Source of the DNA: Leptolyngbyaceae cyanobacterium
Lineage (GTDB): Bacteria > Cyanobacteriota > Cyanobacteriia > Phormidesmidales > Phormidesmidaceae
Length of the DNA stretch: 64,000 nt
Reading direction: 5' to 3'
NCBI GenBank assembly: GCA_965263355.1
Contig: CBDHHL010000032.1
Coordinates: 3,840,001-3,904,000, forward strand
In this document: in pieces, positions 51,683 to 63,655 of the stretch
Layout: the number at the start of each line of letters is the position of its first letter
How positions within the stretch are numbered: position 1 is the first letter of the stretch
Notes under the pieces: model-generated
The model's input: the letters and a program-made list of their open reading frames with translations, nothing else
Databases searched by the model: none
Told to the model about the DNA's origin: nothing
Program-made: the position numbers and the translations under genes

Positions 51683-51922
51683 TTACCAAGGCAACTCTGC
51701 AAAGCTATGGACTACTATATTGCACTTATTATTAGGTCTTGGTCGAAGAGAATGCTCCATGACAATTTCTTTTATTCCGTCTATAAAACCAGATTGTCCT
51801 GTAGCCCGAATTGCAGCAGTAGTCACTGTGATGTCGCGCCATATTGTTATGCGTCGCTCCGATGGATCAGTGTAGCTGTAAACAACGTGATAGCTTTTGG
51901 GAGGACTCATAATTGAGTTCAT
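51683..51922 (-). CDS. Hypothetical protein
   Basis: ATG-initiated 79-aa ORF only. Confidence 0.35.
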   Translation of the reverse strand: MNSIMSPPKSYHVVYSYTDPSERRITIWRDITVTTAAIRATGQSGFIDGIKEIVMEHSLRPRPNNKCNIVVHSFAELPW

Positions 51923-52044
51923 ATTGTTGGCCCAACAGTATCGAAAGGCTCTCTCTTGGTTGACGAAGCTTTATTTTACATTGGGTGCGATCTCAGAATG
52001 ACTTATCTTTGTACGTCTTGATGTTCTTCGCAAGGATTCTTGCG

Positions 52045-52389
52045 TTACGATTCTGTAAAAACAACTCCTTTTTGTTCTAGCTGATATTCAGCGGAAACCC
52101 AGGTATTACTCAGGACTACATTTAAGGTCTTGGCTTGGTGATCAATCCAGTAAAAGCCGTTGGGAAGCCGCCCATTATATTTTTTCAGCCACTCATCCCA
52201 GAACGACTTCTCTACAAAGCCTATTCGAGATTCCATCATTTGTATGTTTTGGCTGTTTGTCAAGCTTTGCCTTTGACCCTCCAATACCTGCCACAGATGG
52301 ATGCTACTGGGGACCGTCACATGCTGGAGGTCTTCAACTTTTACAAATTCAGGCATGTTTATGATTAGAAAACAACATTGATGCTCCAA
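52045..52389 (-). CDS. Hypothetical protein
   Basis: 114-aa ORF with protein-like composition. Confidence 0.4.
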   Translation of the reverse strand: MEHQCCFLIINMPEFVKVEDLQHVTVPSSIHLWQVLEGQRQSLTNSQNIQMMESRIGFVEKSFWDEWLKKYNGRLPNGFYWIDHQAKTLNVVLSNTWVSAEYQLEQKGVVFTES

Positions 52390-52581
52390 GGGGATTCTCT
52401 AGTGCGACATTACTCACTGGAGGTATTCAATCTCAGCGAAACATAGCTTAACGGAATATTAACGTCTTTAAAGATAAAATGGATTTATTCAGAAGAAGTT
52501 AATGTATAAACTGCATTTATTGATTTAATACGCTTATTAAACTCGGTGCTTTGCACTACCTCTATTTAGGAAAACTCAATA

Positions 52582-52764
52582 ATGATTCACACAGAAGTTT
52601 ATAACCTTGAAGTCAAATCAGGTACTCGAAATCACAAGGGTTATTTTGTTCAAGATATGACTTATAGATTGGTTGGCATTGATCAAGCTGGTTGGGCTTT
52701 GATTTGTCAAGATAACACTACTTGCCACTACGTAGATCCTGATTGTTTGCAAGAAATCATCTAG
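52582..52764 (+). CDS. Small hypothetical protein
   Basis: AGGA RBS upstream; 60 aa. Confidence 0.5.
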   Translation: MIHTEVYNLEVKSGTRNHKGYFVQDMTYRLVGIDQAGWALICQDNTTCHYVDPDCLQEII

Positions 52765-52998
52765 CGTGATTGGTAGCTGATCAGTTCCAGGAATGGTTGA
52801 CTTGTCCGTTCCTACCCAGATTTATCCATTGAGAATACTTTTTTAAAGGCAGCAGATTAAATTAGCTGCTAGTCCAAAAATAGTATCTAAAGCTTCGTTC
52901 ATTTAATAAACTCTTTAACAATTTATCCAATGAAATCTTTGATTCAGCATGCGCGTTTTGATTCAGAGACGCCAATGTCTAAGATGGAAGAAACTCTG

Positions 52999-53106
52999 AT
53001 GCACAGACATATTTGTCTTTGTTGCTCAAGTGTTTTACTTCGGCATGTTTCTTCAGGTAAGCTTTCTTGGCGTTGTAGTCACTGTTGCCAAAATATGCCA
53101 GTTTAG
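52999..53106 (+). CDS. Cys-rich mini-protein (35 aa), absent from the ORF track
   Basis: MHRHICLCCSSVLLRHVSSGKLSWRCSHCCQNMPV; paralog at 58308. Confidence 0.65.
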   Translation: MHRHICLCCSSVLLRHVSSGKLSWRCSHCCQNMPV

Positions 53107-53240
53107 GAAACTCTTAAAGTAGACAGCTCTCAATTAACGTCGAGTTGACAATCCAATGTCGATTTGAGCCTCATAGCAGAACTTGGTGAAAGATCTGAGT
53201 TCTGTATTATCAATCTAATTATAATTCCTGGATAAATAGC

Positions 53241-53501
53241 ATGGAAGATAAATTTTTCGAACAAACATGTAACCTATTTCTTCGCTTTGATAATTGGCTT
53301 ATGGATGGATGCACCGATGATAGCTTTACACAAGCAGAGCGCATGACCATTGCATCGAGTCTTGCTCAAACCGTAATGCTCAGTATGCGATTGGAGACGA
53401 TTGATTCTGCAACGGATACTGTTGGCTCTAAATTATCGGGTCTTAGCAAAGATGTATCTGTGGGATTGGAAGCTGTCAAAAATAAGATGCCAAGGGAATA
53501 A
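53241..53501 (+). CDS. Hypothetical protein
   Basis: 86-aa helical-looking ORF. Confidence 0.5.
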   Translation: MEDKFFEQTCNLFLRFDNWLMDGCTDDSFTQAERMTIASSLAQTVMLSMRLETIDSATDTVGSKLSGLSKDVSVGLEAVKNKMPRE

Positions 53502-53581
53502 ATCCTGAGGGGCGACAATATCTTCTTGACAGAAATATGGAATATGAGACATGGAACTGCAGATATTGCCGGGCTAAACCC

Positions 53582-54676
53582 TTAACTAACAAGCGGTAGC
53601 ATAGAGTCCGGACAACCAACAAAGTGTTTTTTTATAAATGGAGATGTCATTGCTGCTAACAATCCTCCATAGGTAAGACCAAAGGTAACTTCACTACCAA
53701 TGGGGAAATGAGTGCTCCTATCCTCTAAAATAATGTGGTCACTGCTAGCCCCCAATATCTCTAAATCGTCAAGGGGACTTAGGCCAGATACTAAGACATC
53801 CTGTATACCCAACGCAATAATCACACGTTGATGAATACCTCGATCTAAGTATTGGGGACTATTCCCAAAAGCATCCTGGCAGCTTTCACCGTTAGGGAGA
53901 GATGGTTTTTTCTTTGATTCGATCACTTCAGCAACCAGTTTAAAGGCACTGGTATCTAATTCAGGAATAGTCTTTCGATGCGCCGTTTCGTACCCTAAAA
54001 GAATCGATTCACCCAGGCGTAGATTGTTAATTCGTCCAACATCTTGAGTAGACTCATACCAGTCGTAGTTGGCCGAATTGCCCCCTGAGATAAGAGCTAA
54101 ATGAATCTGAAGTTCTTTTTCGATGGAATGCGCTATTTCAGACAATTGACGCATCTTTGCATTATTTGGCTTGATACCACCATAGCAAGCCAAATTGCAT
54201 CCAATTCCAATAATTTGGATATTTGATAAGGCATCGGCATCTTTAATGAATTTTGAAAGATCCTTGGGAAGAACCCCTTCACGCAAATCACCTAGTTCGA
54301 CCATAACAATGATTTGATGAATTTTGTTATGCTGAATAGCGTAATGGGAGAGTTCTTTTATCGTTTGAAGTTCTGTGTTGAGGCTAATATCCGCATTTTG
54401 AATCACAGATTCTGCCTGACTTAACGGAGTCCGCAACAGTACAAATTGAGTTAATATGCCAGCCTTTCTCATCTTTTGAAGATTTTCAATGCGAGAATCG
54501 GCAATAAATTTTACTCCACCTAAAATCATGGCCTCAGCAACCAAGGGATTGCCAAGCACAGCTTTAGAAACTCCCATCAGGTCAATCTTTTTACGCCCAT
54601 AAAAGTTGCATAAAAATTGAGTGTTGTACCGTATCTTAGATAAGCTGATTTCTATTCTTGGCATCAATAATGCCAT
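53582..54676 (-). CDS. Alanine/ornithine racemase-family PLP-dependent enzyme
   Basis: GVSKA (PLP Lys), ADSRIEN, MVELGDLREG, SGGNS, LRLGE, GASSDH. Confidence 0.88.
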   Translation of the reverse strand: MALLMPRIEISLSKIRYNTQFLCNFYGRKKIDLMGVSKAVLGNPLVAEAMILGGVKFIADSRIENLQKMRKAGILTQFVLLRTPLSQAESVIQNADISLNTELQTIKELSHYAIQHNKIHQIIVMVELGDLREGVLPKDLSKFIKDADALSNIQIIGIGCNLACYGGIKPNNAKMRQLSEIAHSIEKELQIHLALISGGNSANYDWYESTQDVGRINNLRLGESILLGYETAHRKTIPELDTSAFKLVAEVIESKKKPSLPNGESCQDAFGNSPQYLDRGIHQRVIIALGIQDVLVSGLSPLDDLEILGASSDHIILEDRSTHFPIGSEVTFGLTYGGLLAAMTSPFIKKHFVGCPDSMLPLVS

Positions 54677-54788
54677 TTATTGACTCCAAATACGGTGATT
54701 CTCGGTTGAGATAAATACAGTCTGATTGTATAGAGGAGTGGGGAGTGGGGAGTTATTCAATGCGTTTGAAAAATCCATAACACAGTCT

Positions 54789-55910
54789 TTATCTCGTGGC
54801 TAGCTGCGGTATGTCGCCTAGAGACGTTGGCTTAGAACGCAAATTAAGCTGTGGGAAACAATCGTCTAACACATTCAATAGCTTCTGACACCCATAATTC
54901 AATACATCTGTTGTTGGCAATCGAAAAAAGCGCTCACAATCCTTTATGGTTTCTACGGATTCTGCTGCTGTTAAATTTTTGTTGTTGAGTGTAATAGCCA
55001 TCACCTTAGACTGAGAAATCGCCTCAATCAATCGAATCTCACTTTCAAGCGTCGGCATGGGTAAATCTGGAAAATCGCATCGAAACTTTCTAGCAGACGG
55101 ATGCTGGAGAATGACTCCATCAGGCATACTTCCCTTCAAAATCCCCACGGAACTCATAAAAGCAGGATGGCTAACCGCACCCTGTCCTTCGACTAAAATA
55201 ATGTCTGGATTTTCATTTTCAAAAGCTTGAACAACAGCATGTTCTATCTCACCAACGACAAACTGCGAAACCAGGGCGTCGATGGATGCACCGTACTTTG
55301 CCCCCTGCATTAGGCCAGTTTGACCGGTTGCAATCATGATTGACCTGACACCCAGACTATTCAAGGCTTTGTTAAGTTCCACGGCAGTTGTCATTTTGCC
55401 ACAGGCGCAATCGGTACCTAATATGGCAATAACCGGAATGTTAATCTTAGCAATCTGTCCTGTGAAAATATGCAGATCCTTGAGTTGTGGAGGTTTTCGG
55501 ATATCTCTGATTTGCACATTACATTGTTCAGCCATATGACTGAACTCTGCATCGTCAGAAAAAAATTCGTGCAGTCCATTGATAATATCCATACCCTCTT
55601 CCATGGCCTCCAAAATTAGGAACCTTTCTTCGGAAGATATGCGGGCATCTAAAGGTGCCTTGCCATAGATATAGCAGTTTGGGATCTCTGGTAGGGCATC
55701 TAAAGCTGCTCTCAAATTAGCAAAAATGGGAATATTATTTTTTTTATCGCCTAAAACTTCCCCCGTATCCTGACCGGTTAACGAGCTATCAAGCACTCCA
55801 ACAATCTGATATGTATCAGATTGTCGAATTAACCCTGATGCTGTTTTGCCGTCAATTAATCCAAATTGTTCTTCACAATAGATTAGCGCTGTTTTCTGCA
55901 TGGTCATCAT
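54789..55910 (-). CDS. DUF1611 (DgcN-like) P-loop protein
   Basis: GKTA, NGLH, GTDCACGKMTT, ATGQTG, EGQG. Confidence 0.9.
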   Translation of the reverse strand: MMTMQKTALIYCEEQFGLIDGKTASGLIRQSDTYQIVGVLDSSLTGQDTGEVLGDKKNNIPIFANLRAALDALPEIPNCYIYGKAPLDARISSEERFLILEAMEEGMDIINGLHEFFSDDAEFSHMAEQCNVQIRDIRKPPQLKDLHIFTGQIAKINIPVIAILGTDCACGKMTTAVELNKALNSLGVRSIMIATGQTGLMQGAKYGASIDALVSQFVVGEIEHAVVQAFENENPDIILVEGQGAVSHPAFMSSVGILKGSMPDGVILQHPSARKFRCDFPDLPMPTLESEIRLIEAISQSKVMAITLNNKNLTAAESVETIKDCERFFRLPTTDVLNYGCQKLLNVLDDCFPQLNLRSKPTSLGDIPQLATR

Positions 55911-55996
55911 TCAATCATTCTCCTTACTTTGATACTTTGAAATCTAGGATTGCCATATTAAAATGCCACAGCCTCCTAGTTTTGGTTGCTGACTGA

Positions 55997-57625
<1,629 letters not shown>

Positions 57626-58307
57626 TTACTGAGGCATTAATCAGGAGGAAACCTTTCTGAAACCCGGCCTACAATAGCTGACATCTGTTCTATGAGGTGA
57701 TATCTCTTAAATCTTTTTCAGCTATCAGAATATAGGTGTCATCGCTGAGGATAAGGGGCTTACTCGTTATGCATAACATCCCAGTGTTGGAACAACTGAA
57801 CTTCAGCACCTCTTAGGCTGATTTAACCTAGGAAATAGATTTTATGTTCATAGTCTCATTATTCCTTAAGACTGTGAACCAGCTATCAGCAGGCACATTT
57901 TCTGAAAGATGCCTTAAGATGCCCTAAACTTGTCAAATTAGTTGAATTGAAGAGGTATGATTGAAGCCTCTTGTAGCATGCCAACTCAATAAAAATAATA
58001 TTGTTTTTGAACCCTGTTAAAAAATAGCTAAGCTCCAAAGCTATTTAGGTGAAAGGAAGGTTAATTGACAATAATTTTGGATGCTGTGTTGCTCATACGC
58101 CTATTATACACATAGACTTATCGAAAAAGACATACAGCGGCTAATCTTATCAAGTGCTACCTCTTTTGTTGAGATCATCTACAATTAAAACAATATCAAC
58201 ACGATCTTAAACAAAATGAGAAGTTCACCAATAACCGATCCTATTAATCTGGTTAACCATGAGTAAGTCATGGCGTGCCGTCATCAGTAACCATGGAGAA
58301 ATCCAGG

Positions 58308-58424
58308 ATGAATCGAAGTATATGTCCTTGTTGCTCGAATGTTTTACTTCGTCACATTAGATCAGAAGGCATCTCTTGGCGTTGTAGCCATTGTCGCCAA
58401 TCTATGCCTAGCATCCAAAATTAA
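58308..58424 (+). CDS. Cys-rich mini-protein (38 aa), absent from the ORF track
   Basis: MNRSICPCCSNVLLRHIRSEGISWRCSHCRQSMPSIQN. Confidence 0.7.
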   Translation: MNRSICPCCSNVLLRHIRSEGISWRCSHCRQSMPSIQN

Positions 58425-58483
58425 GCCTGTGCTATTCTATGGGTGAGCCAGTGTTGCCTTTTATCCTTAGCCCGCATACCTTT

Positions 58484-58648
58484 AATGGGCTTTTCACACT
58501 CTGCCGCTCAACTCGCAGTTCGATCCTACAAAATCAAACTAACCTCGGGTATGACATGTTTTTCTGTAAGGTTTGTCGGCGAATCTTCAGTGAGCACAAA
58601 GACACTCCTTTTCATTTTATTGAAGCCGATATTCTATTTCAGGTCTGA
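58484..58648 (+). pseudogene. Transposase N-terminal zinc-ribbon remnant (IS6-like)
   Basis: TNLGY..FFCKVCRRIFSE..TPF..DI resembles cyanobacterial IS6 N-termini; truncated; boundaries approximate. Confidence 0.5.
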
Positions 58649-59854
58649 CTATGTCGAAAGCTTTGTTTCTTCCAAGGTGGGAATTTCTTCTAAGAATCGT
58701 AGCATAGGCTTCATGGTCAGTCCTTGTACAAATACAGAAAAGGCAACAACTCCAAAGGTAACCGTGATAATTTCAAATCGACGTGGCATATCAAGTGGTA
58801 ACCCCAAAGCTAAGGCAAGGGCTAGAGCACCGCGTAATCCGCCCCAAAATAAAGCATGTTGATGAGTAATTTTAACTCGCAATTCAGATAGAGTGAAGAT
58901 TGCACATAGCGGATAAATTGCAAAAGCTCGTCCAACAATAACAACGCTAATAGCAACTAAGATCGGCAATAGAAAGTAACCAAAATTTTCGTGGGATTCT
59001 TGAATTCCAATTAAGATAAAAATGAGCGAATTTGCTACGAACGCTGCATACTCCCAAAAAGCTTCGACTGATTTTCTTCCTTCATCTGAAATAGAGCCAA
59101 GGGAACCTAAATTACCAATCATTAGCCCCGCTGTGACCGTTGCCAGTACTCCTGACCAGTGAAAGTGTTCTGCTAAGAGAAACGAGCCATAGGCTACCAC
59201 AGTTGTAAAGGTAATTTCGACTAATGGATCCTCTGTCTGCCCTGATAATAATAACAGAGTGCTTGCAACCACGATGCCGCATAAGATGCCGCCACCAATT
59301 GAAGCTATTAATGTGCTTACTGTACTAGAAAAACTAATACTCTGACCCATTGCTAAGGTAACAGCTATTCCAAAACATACGGCAGCAGTACTGTCATTAA
59401 ATAAACTTTCAGCTTCTACTAATAGCTTCAATCTTCCCTGAACCCCCGTCTCCTTAAAAGTAGCAATTACCGAAACCGGATCAGTTGCTGTAATGAGAAT
59501 ACCGAAGACCATAGCAACTTTCCATTCCCAGCCTGCTAAATAGTGCATGCCTGCAGCAGTAATTCCAGATGATAGTAGTACTCCTATCGTTACCAAGGTG
59601 AGGACGACCCATAAATCTTTCTGTAATTCTTTCCAGCGGATGTAAAGCGTGGCTTCAAATATTAAAGCAGGCAGAAAAATTAAAAAGACAAGTTCTCTGG
59701 ATAACTCGAGGGGATTAGAAAAAGGTATAAACGAGATTCCAACTCCAGCAATAACTAAGCCGATTGTGTAGGGAATCTTGATCAACCTTGCCAGCATCGC
59801 CACGATTGCAGCCACAAAAAGAAAGAACTCTATTTGCTCAATGTTTAGAGTCAT
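58649..59854 (-). CDS. Na+/H+ antiporter, CPA1 (NhaP-like)
   Basis: FLPALIF, ATDPVSV, ESLFND, GGLRGA. Confidence 0.92.
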   Translation of the reverse strand: MTLNIEQIEFFLFVAAIVAMLARLIKIPYTIGLVIAGVGISFIPFSNPLELSRELVFLIFLPALIFEATLYIRWKELQKDLWVVLTLVTIGVLLSSGITAAGMHYLAGWEWKVAMVFGILITATDPVSVIATFKETGVQGRLKLLVEAESLFNDSTAAVCFGIAVTLAMGQSISFSSTVSTLIASIGGGILCGIVVASTLLLLSGQTEDPLVEITFTTVVAYGSFLLAEHFHWSGVLATVTAGLMIGNLGSLGSISDEGRKSVEAFWEYAAFVANSLIFILIGIQESHENFGYFLLPILVAISVVIVGRAFAIYPLCAIFTLSELRVKITHQHALFWGGLRGALALALALGLPLDMPRRFEIITVTFGVVAFSVFVQGLTMKPMLRFLEEIPTLEETKLST

Positions 59855-59995
59855 GTTGTCAGATATCCGAGTAGAAACTATCTATTCGAGCGGGAAGCTT
59901 AAGTAAGCACTATTGTTTTCGTCTGTTATTACTCCGGCAGTATAAGTTTTAATCCAGTGTCTACAAGGATTTTCGACTGTAAAATACACACTCAA

Positions 59996-60832
59996 TTACT
60001 GCCGGGTTAATAGGTGCTTTTCCAACTGCTGCTCATAACTAAGATCCTGAGTATTCAGTAATTTATCCCAGAACGTGAAATATAGCCCGTAATGTACAGT
60101 ATATTTGCGATGATGAATAGCATGATGGGCAGGACCAATAAACCACCTTCCCAGCCAATGGTGGGGAAACGAAGCGGGCAAACGGTCAATCCCAAGATGA
60201 TTTACCACCGCCCATATCGTCATCGTTGTAAGGACTGCGATTAGAGTGATAAAATGAAGTGGAATGACAAAGACAATCCCAACCAAGAACAGAGACTGAA
60301 CAATCGCCTCTAGAGGGTCAAAGGCAAAGGAAGTCCATGGGGTAGGATGGTGCGATCGGTGGTGACCTCGGTGTAACCAGGGAAAGAGTAACGGGTGGTG
60401 AAATAACCGATGGGTGAAATAAAAATAAGTATCCTGCAGCACCAACACTACACCGTAGCTGACGCCTAAATACCAGAGCCCATATGCTTGAGGGTGACTA
60501 TATAATCGAGTGATGCCCCAACCGTATCCAGACATAATAAACGCTGCTGCCAGTGCAAACACCCCTGCCGAAAGAATCGAGAGCGTAATATCTTGTTGAA
60601 TTAATCGCCAGGACGGAGACCAATGCTGCAGGTTGTGATTAGTAAAGGGCTGACTCAAGGGCGAATAGAAGAACAAATAGGTTCCCCCTGCTACCAAAAA
60701 ATATCGCACTAGAATAATCCCAAAAAAAGCGATGCTGTAAAATCCAAATGAGTGGTCTATCAAGTTAACCTCCTTGCCATTCCCGACCTTCAAAGTCCTT
60801 TTAAGGTAAGGGCAATGTGCCTCAATAACCAT
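59996..60832 (-). CDS. Sterol desaturase / fatty-acid hydroxylase superfamily protein (possibly CrtG-like); start probably downstream of 60832
   Basis: DTYFYFTHRLFH, HRGHH, PTPWTSF, NH, HHAIHH. Confidence 0.8.
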   Translation of the reverse strand: MVIEAHCPYLKRTLKVGNGKEVNLIDHSFGFYSIAFFGIILVRYFLVAGGTYLFFYSPLSQPFTNHNLQHWSPSWRLIQQDITLSILSAGVFALAAAFIMSGYGWGITRLYSHPQAYGLWYLGVSYGVVLVLQDTYFYFTHRLFHHPLLFPWLHRGHHRSHHPTPWTSFAFDPLEAIVQSLFLVGIVFVIPLHFITLIAVLTTMTIWAVVNHLGIDRLPASFPHHWLGRWFIGPAHHAIHHRKYTVHYGLYFTFWDKLLNTQDLSYEQQLEKHLLTRQ

Positions 60833-60939
60833 TGTCAGAATTTAGTAGCAAGCTTCAGACTCTAAGGCCACTGGACAGTTGCCTAAGCACAGCCATAGCC
60901 CAAAGGTATGGCTGATCTGAGTGGATTTTATTTAACGTT

Positions 60940-61899
60940 TTACTGGGCTAAACCAAGATTCAAAAGTTCTTGGGGAGATGCCAGGAGGTCAATGCCCACA
61001 AAGAAAATTTTACCTTCAGGATTCAGTAAGAACCGCCAGGCCACGCTGATATCAACACTGTCTCCAAACCAGGGAGTTTGCACTTTCCCCGTCACTTTAA
61101 CCTGGGTGAATCCTTCTTCTGTTGGCTTAGAGACTCCTCGTTCAGGTTTCAGTTTCAGTCCATAGCAGTCTTCACGCATGTATGTGAGAATGTTCTCCTG
61201 CCCCACGATCGGTTCCTCGAAAGGGGGTTTCAAAGCACCGTCTTCAACAAATAATGCAACTGCCGCAGGGAAATCAAAGGCATTCATATTTTCCATATAA
61301 CTCAGAACCGTCGCATTCTTGATGCCTTTAATGCGGACTTTGGTTCGAGGTGCAGCCTTTTTGGGGGGAATCATAGGTTCTTTGACTTTCGGAGTCATAC
61401 CTGTTGGGGCATACCCCATATTGGCGACAATGTCTTGTAAGACGGTGAGCTGCTGTCCCCCTTCTAGTTGACGAATGGCTCCAAGCCATTCGGATGCCTT
61501 CGCGGACAGCTTATAGCCTTTAGGGATGGGAGCAACGATACCCTGTTGCATCCATTCGCTTAACTGATACCAGAATCCCAACTTGACATTCGTGCCAAAA
61601 GACGAATACGTCTGGCAGATGGGGGTATCTGTATGATTGACCAGATCGCACATCACCTGGGTTTGCTCCAAAGCAGGCATCTGTTTGATTTGAGTCAGGG
61701 TCCGTTCTGCGAATACCATAGGGACAACCTGCATCGCAGCAGGAATAATTGTAATGCCCATCTCAGTGTAGGCAAACCAAAGTAAAGCCAACTGATCTTC
61801 AGCATTGAGCTGATTGAATGATTGAACAGTCTCCGGAACTGCATCAGCAACTTGAGTGTCAGGAAAAATGGTGCGAGCTGAATCAATGGTAAACGGCAT
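60940..61899 (-). CDS. ocp: Orange carotenoid protein, OCP2-like
   Basis: MPFTIDSAR, EDQLALLWFAY, KLGFWY, VAPIP, KVQTPWFG, WRFLLNPEG; TQVA, AMQVV and YMRE resemble OCP2 as I recall it. Confidence 0.93.
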   Translation of the reverse strand: MPFTIDSARTIFPDTQVADAVPETVQSFNQLNAEDQLALLWFAYTEMGITIIPAAMQVVPMVFAERTLTQIKQMPALEQTQVMCDLVNHTDTPICQTYSSFGTNVKLGFWYQLSEWMQQGIVAPIPKGYKLSAKASEWLGAIRQLEGGQQLTVLQDIVANMGYAPTGMTPKVKEPMIPPKKAAPRTKVRIKGIKNATVLSYMENMNAFDFPAAVALFVEDGALKPPFEEPIVGQENILTYMREDCYGLKLKPERGVSKPTEEGFTQVKVTGKVQTPWFGDSVDISVAWRFLLNPEGKIFFVGIDLLASPQELLNLGLAQ

Positions 61900-61983
61900 A
61901 ATTAAAGCCTCCAAATGAATTGAACTATTTAGTTAACCAAAACTTGTGTGGGAGATATACATTAGACACCTATAGACTTACGA

Positions 61984-62283
61984 TTAGCTGGCCATAAAAG
62001 CAATCCATGTGGTCAAGGCAACAAACAAGCTAGCGGCTACCCCCAGGAAAACATAACGCCGCTGTTGTTTTTGAGAGGGATATTTTGCGTCATACATCTC
62101 AGGCTCAATTGCATAGTTATTGACAATTCCCTCATCGTCTACTCTGTAGCCAGTCCCTAATGGCTCGTTAAGCGATTCGCTAGATTTCTTGCGAATATTC
62201 ACTTGGACCTCGGCAGGGATGAGCTCACTACCATCACTGGGAGGTGTTGCTGCTATTTTTCTCTCTTTATCGGTGTAATTCAT
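61984..62283 (-). CDS. Psb34/Ssl1498-family small membrane protein, N-terminally extended
   Basis: DDEGIVNNYAIEPEMY motif followed by a single C-terminal TM helix. Confidence 0.8.
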   Translation of the reverse strand: MNYTDKERKIAATPPSDGSELIPAEVQVNIRKKSSESLNEPLGTGYRVDDEGIVNNYAIEPEMYDAKYPSQKQQRRYVFLGVAASLFVALTTWIAFMAS

Positions 62284-62397
62284 GGTTATATAGCCTCATT
62301 AAAAGGTTAAGTAAGTGAACAGAATGAATGCTCCAAGACTTTTTTGAAATTTAGCCTCTATCGGTAATTTAGACAGCTAAAGAATCCATTACCTGCG

Positions 62398-63273
62398 TTA
62401 CTGCTGAACATCGCCAAGATTAAATAGAAAGGGCATCCCTGCTTGCTCTTTGCCTCCCATCACTAAGACTTTGGGCATTTGAGCCCCACCGTCTTTCCAG
62501 GCTTGGATGGCCTCTTTTTGCAACACGAGTTGCCCTCCTTGAGCTTTCAACGTTTCGGCTAGTAATCTTTGTGCCTCTGCTTTACCCTTGGCACGGTTGA
62601 CATCCGCCTGGGCCTCTTGTTCGGCTTCTTGGGCTACATAAATCGCTCTTTTGGCTCGCTGTTCAGCAATTTGTTTTTCTTCTACGGCCTTAGCAAATTC
62701 CGGGGAAAAGTCTAAATCGACGACGCTCGTATCCAGGACAATAATTCCATATTTTTCGAGTCTCTCGCTTAAGGCGTCATCAAAATCTCGCTTGAGTTCA
62801 TTTCTTTTGGTAATCGCTTCTTCTACCGTTCTTCTGGCAGCGGCAATCTTAAACGATTCCTGGGTTTGGGGCGCAATAATTTTAGAAACAATATTGGCTA
62901 AGGTCCCTTGGGTTCTACGAATTTCGACCACTAGTAGTGGATCCAGGCGAAAATTAATGGCAAAACGAGCCGATAGATCCTGCAGGTCTTTGGTAGAACT
63001 TTCTGCGGGCACTTCAAACTTTTGCACGGTCAGATCGTATATATCCACGACCGAAATCAATGGTGGTTTGAAGTGAATGCCTTCTAATAAAACACCATCT
63101 CTGGCTTTTCCTAAAACGCTAATAACCCCAGCTTGGCCAGGGTTAAGAACAGTAAAGCTGTTAAACCCTAGAAAAAGGATCAAGCTTACTAAGATGACGG
63201 GCGTTAATAGTTTATTGCTCAAGGAAAATTGATTGTTCAAGTTGTTCTCCAAAATAGATTGCTTTGTCCCCAT
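62398..63273 (-). CDS. Prohibitin/SPFH (band 7) family protein
   Basis: EGIHF, TKDLQ, FSPEFAKAVEEKQIAEQ. Confidence 0.92.
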   Translation of the reverse strand: MGTKQSILENNLNNQFSLSNKLLTPVILVSLILFLGFNSFTVLNPGQAGVISVLGKARDGVLLEGIHFKPPLISVVDIYDLTVQKFEVPAESSTKDLQDLSARFAINFRLDPLLVVEIRRTQGTLANIVSKIIAPQTQESFKIAAARRTVEEAITKRNELKRDFDDALSERLEKYGIIVLDTSVVDLDFSPEFAKAVEEKQIAEQRAKRAIYVAQEAEQEAQADVNRAKGKAEAQRLLAETLKAQGGQLVLQKEAIQAWKDGGAQMPKVLVMGGKEQAGMPFLFNLGDVQQ

Positions 63274-63655
63274 TCCTTAAGAAATCAAGGATGATCGCAC
63301 CTAGGAGTAACGCTCTGATAGAAAGTCTAGTCCAAGCCATGGCTTGCAACCCTAGGCACTTTTGAGTAAATGCTTAACCAAATTATCCTTGACCATCATT
63401 TGGCGCGTTATTTCAACTACATACTCCTGCGCCTGCTTCAAACTCAATTTTCTCACTTGTAATGTGATCATTCGGAGTTGAAACTGCTGTTCTAATGTTA
63501 AATCGCCGGGTAGATCTTTTATCTGTTCCACAATTGTTCTACATAAGGTATGGGCATAGATTGATCACAGTTCAATCCGTTTTAAGCCCTGGAGTATTTT
63601 TGCCCCTGTAGGTGCTTTCCCAAGAGTAGCGATAGAGCCACTCTCGGGAAATGGC

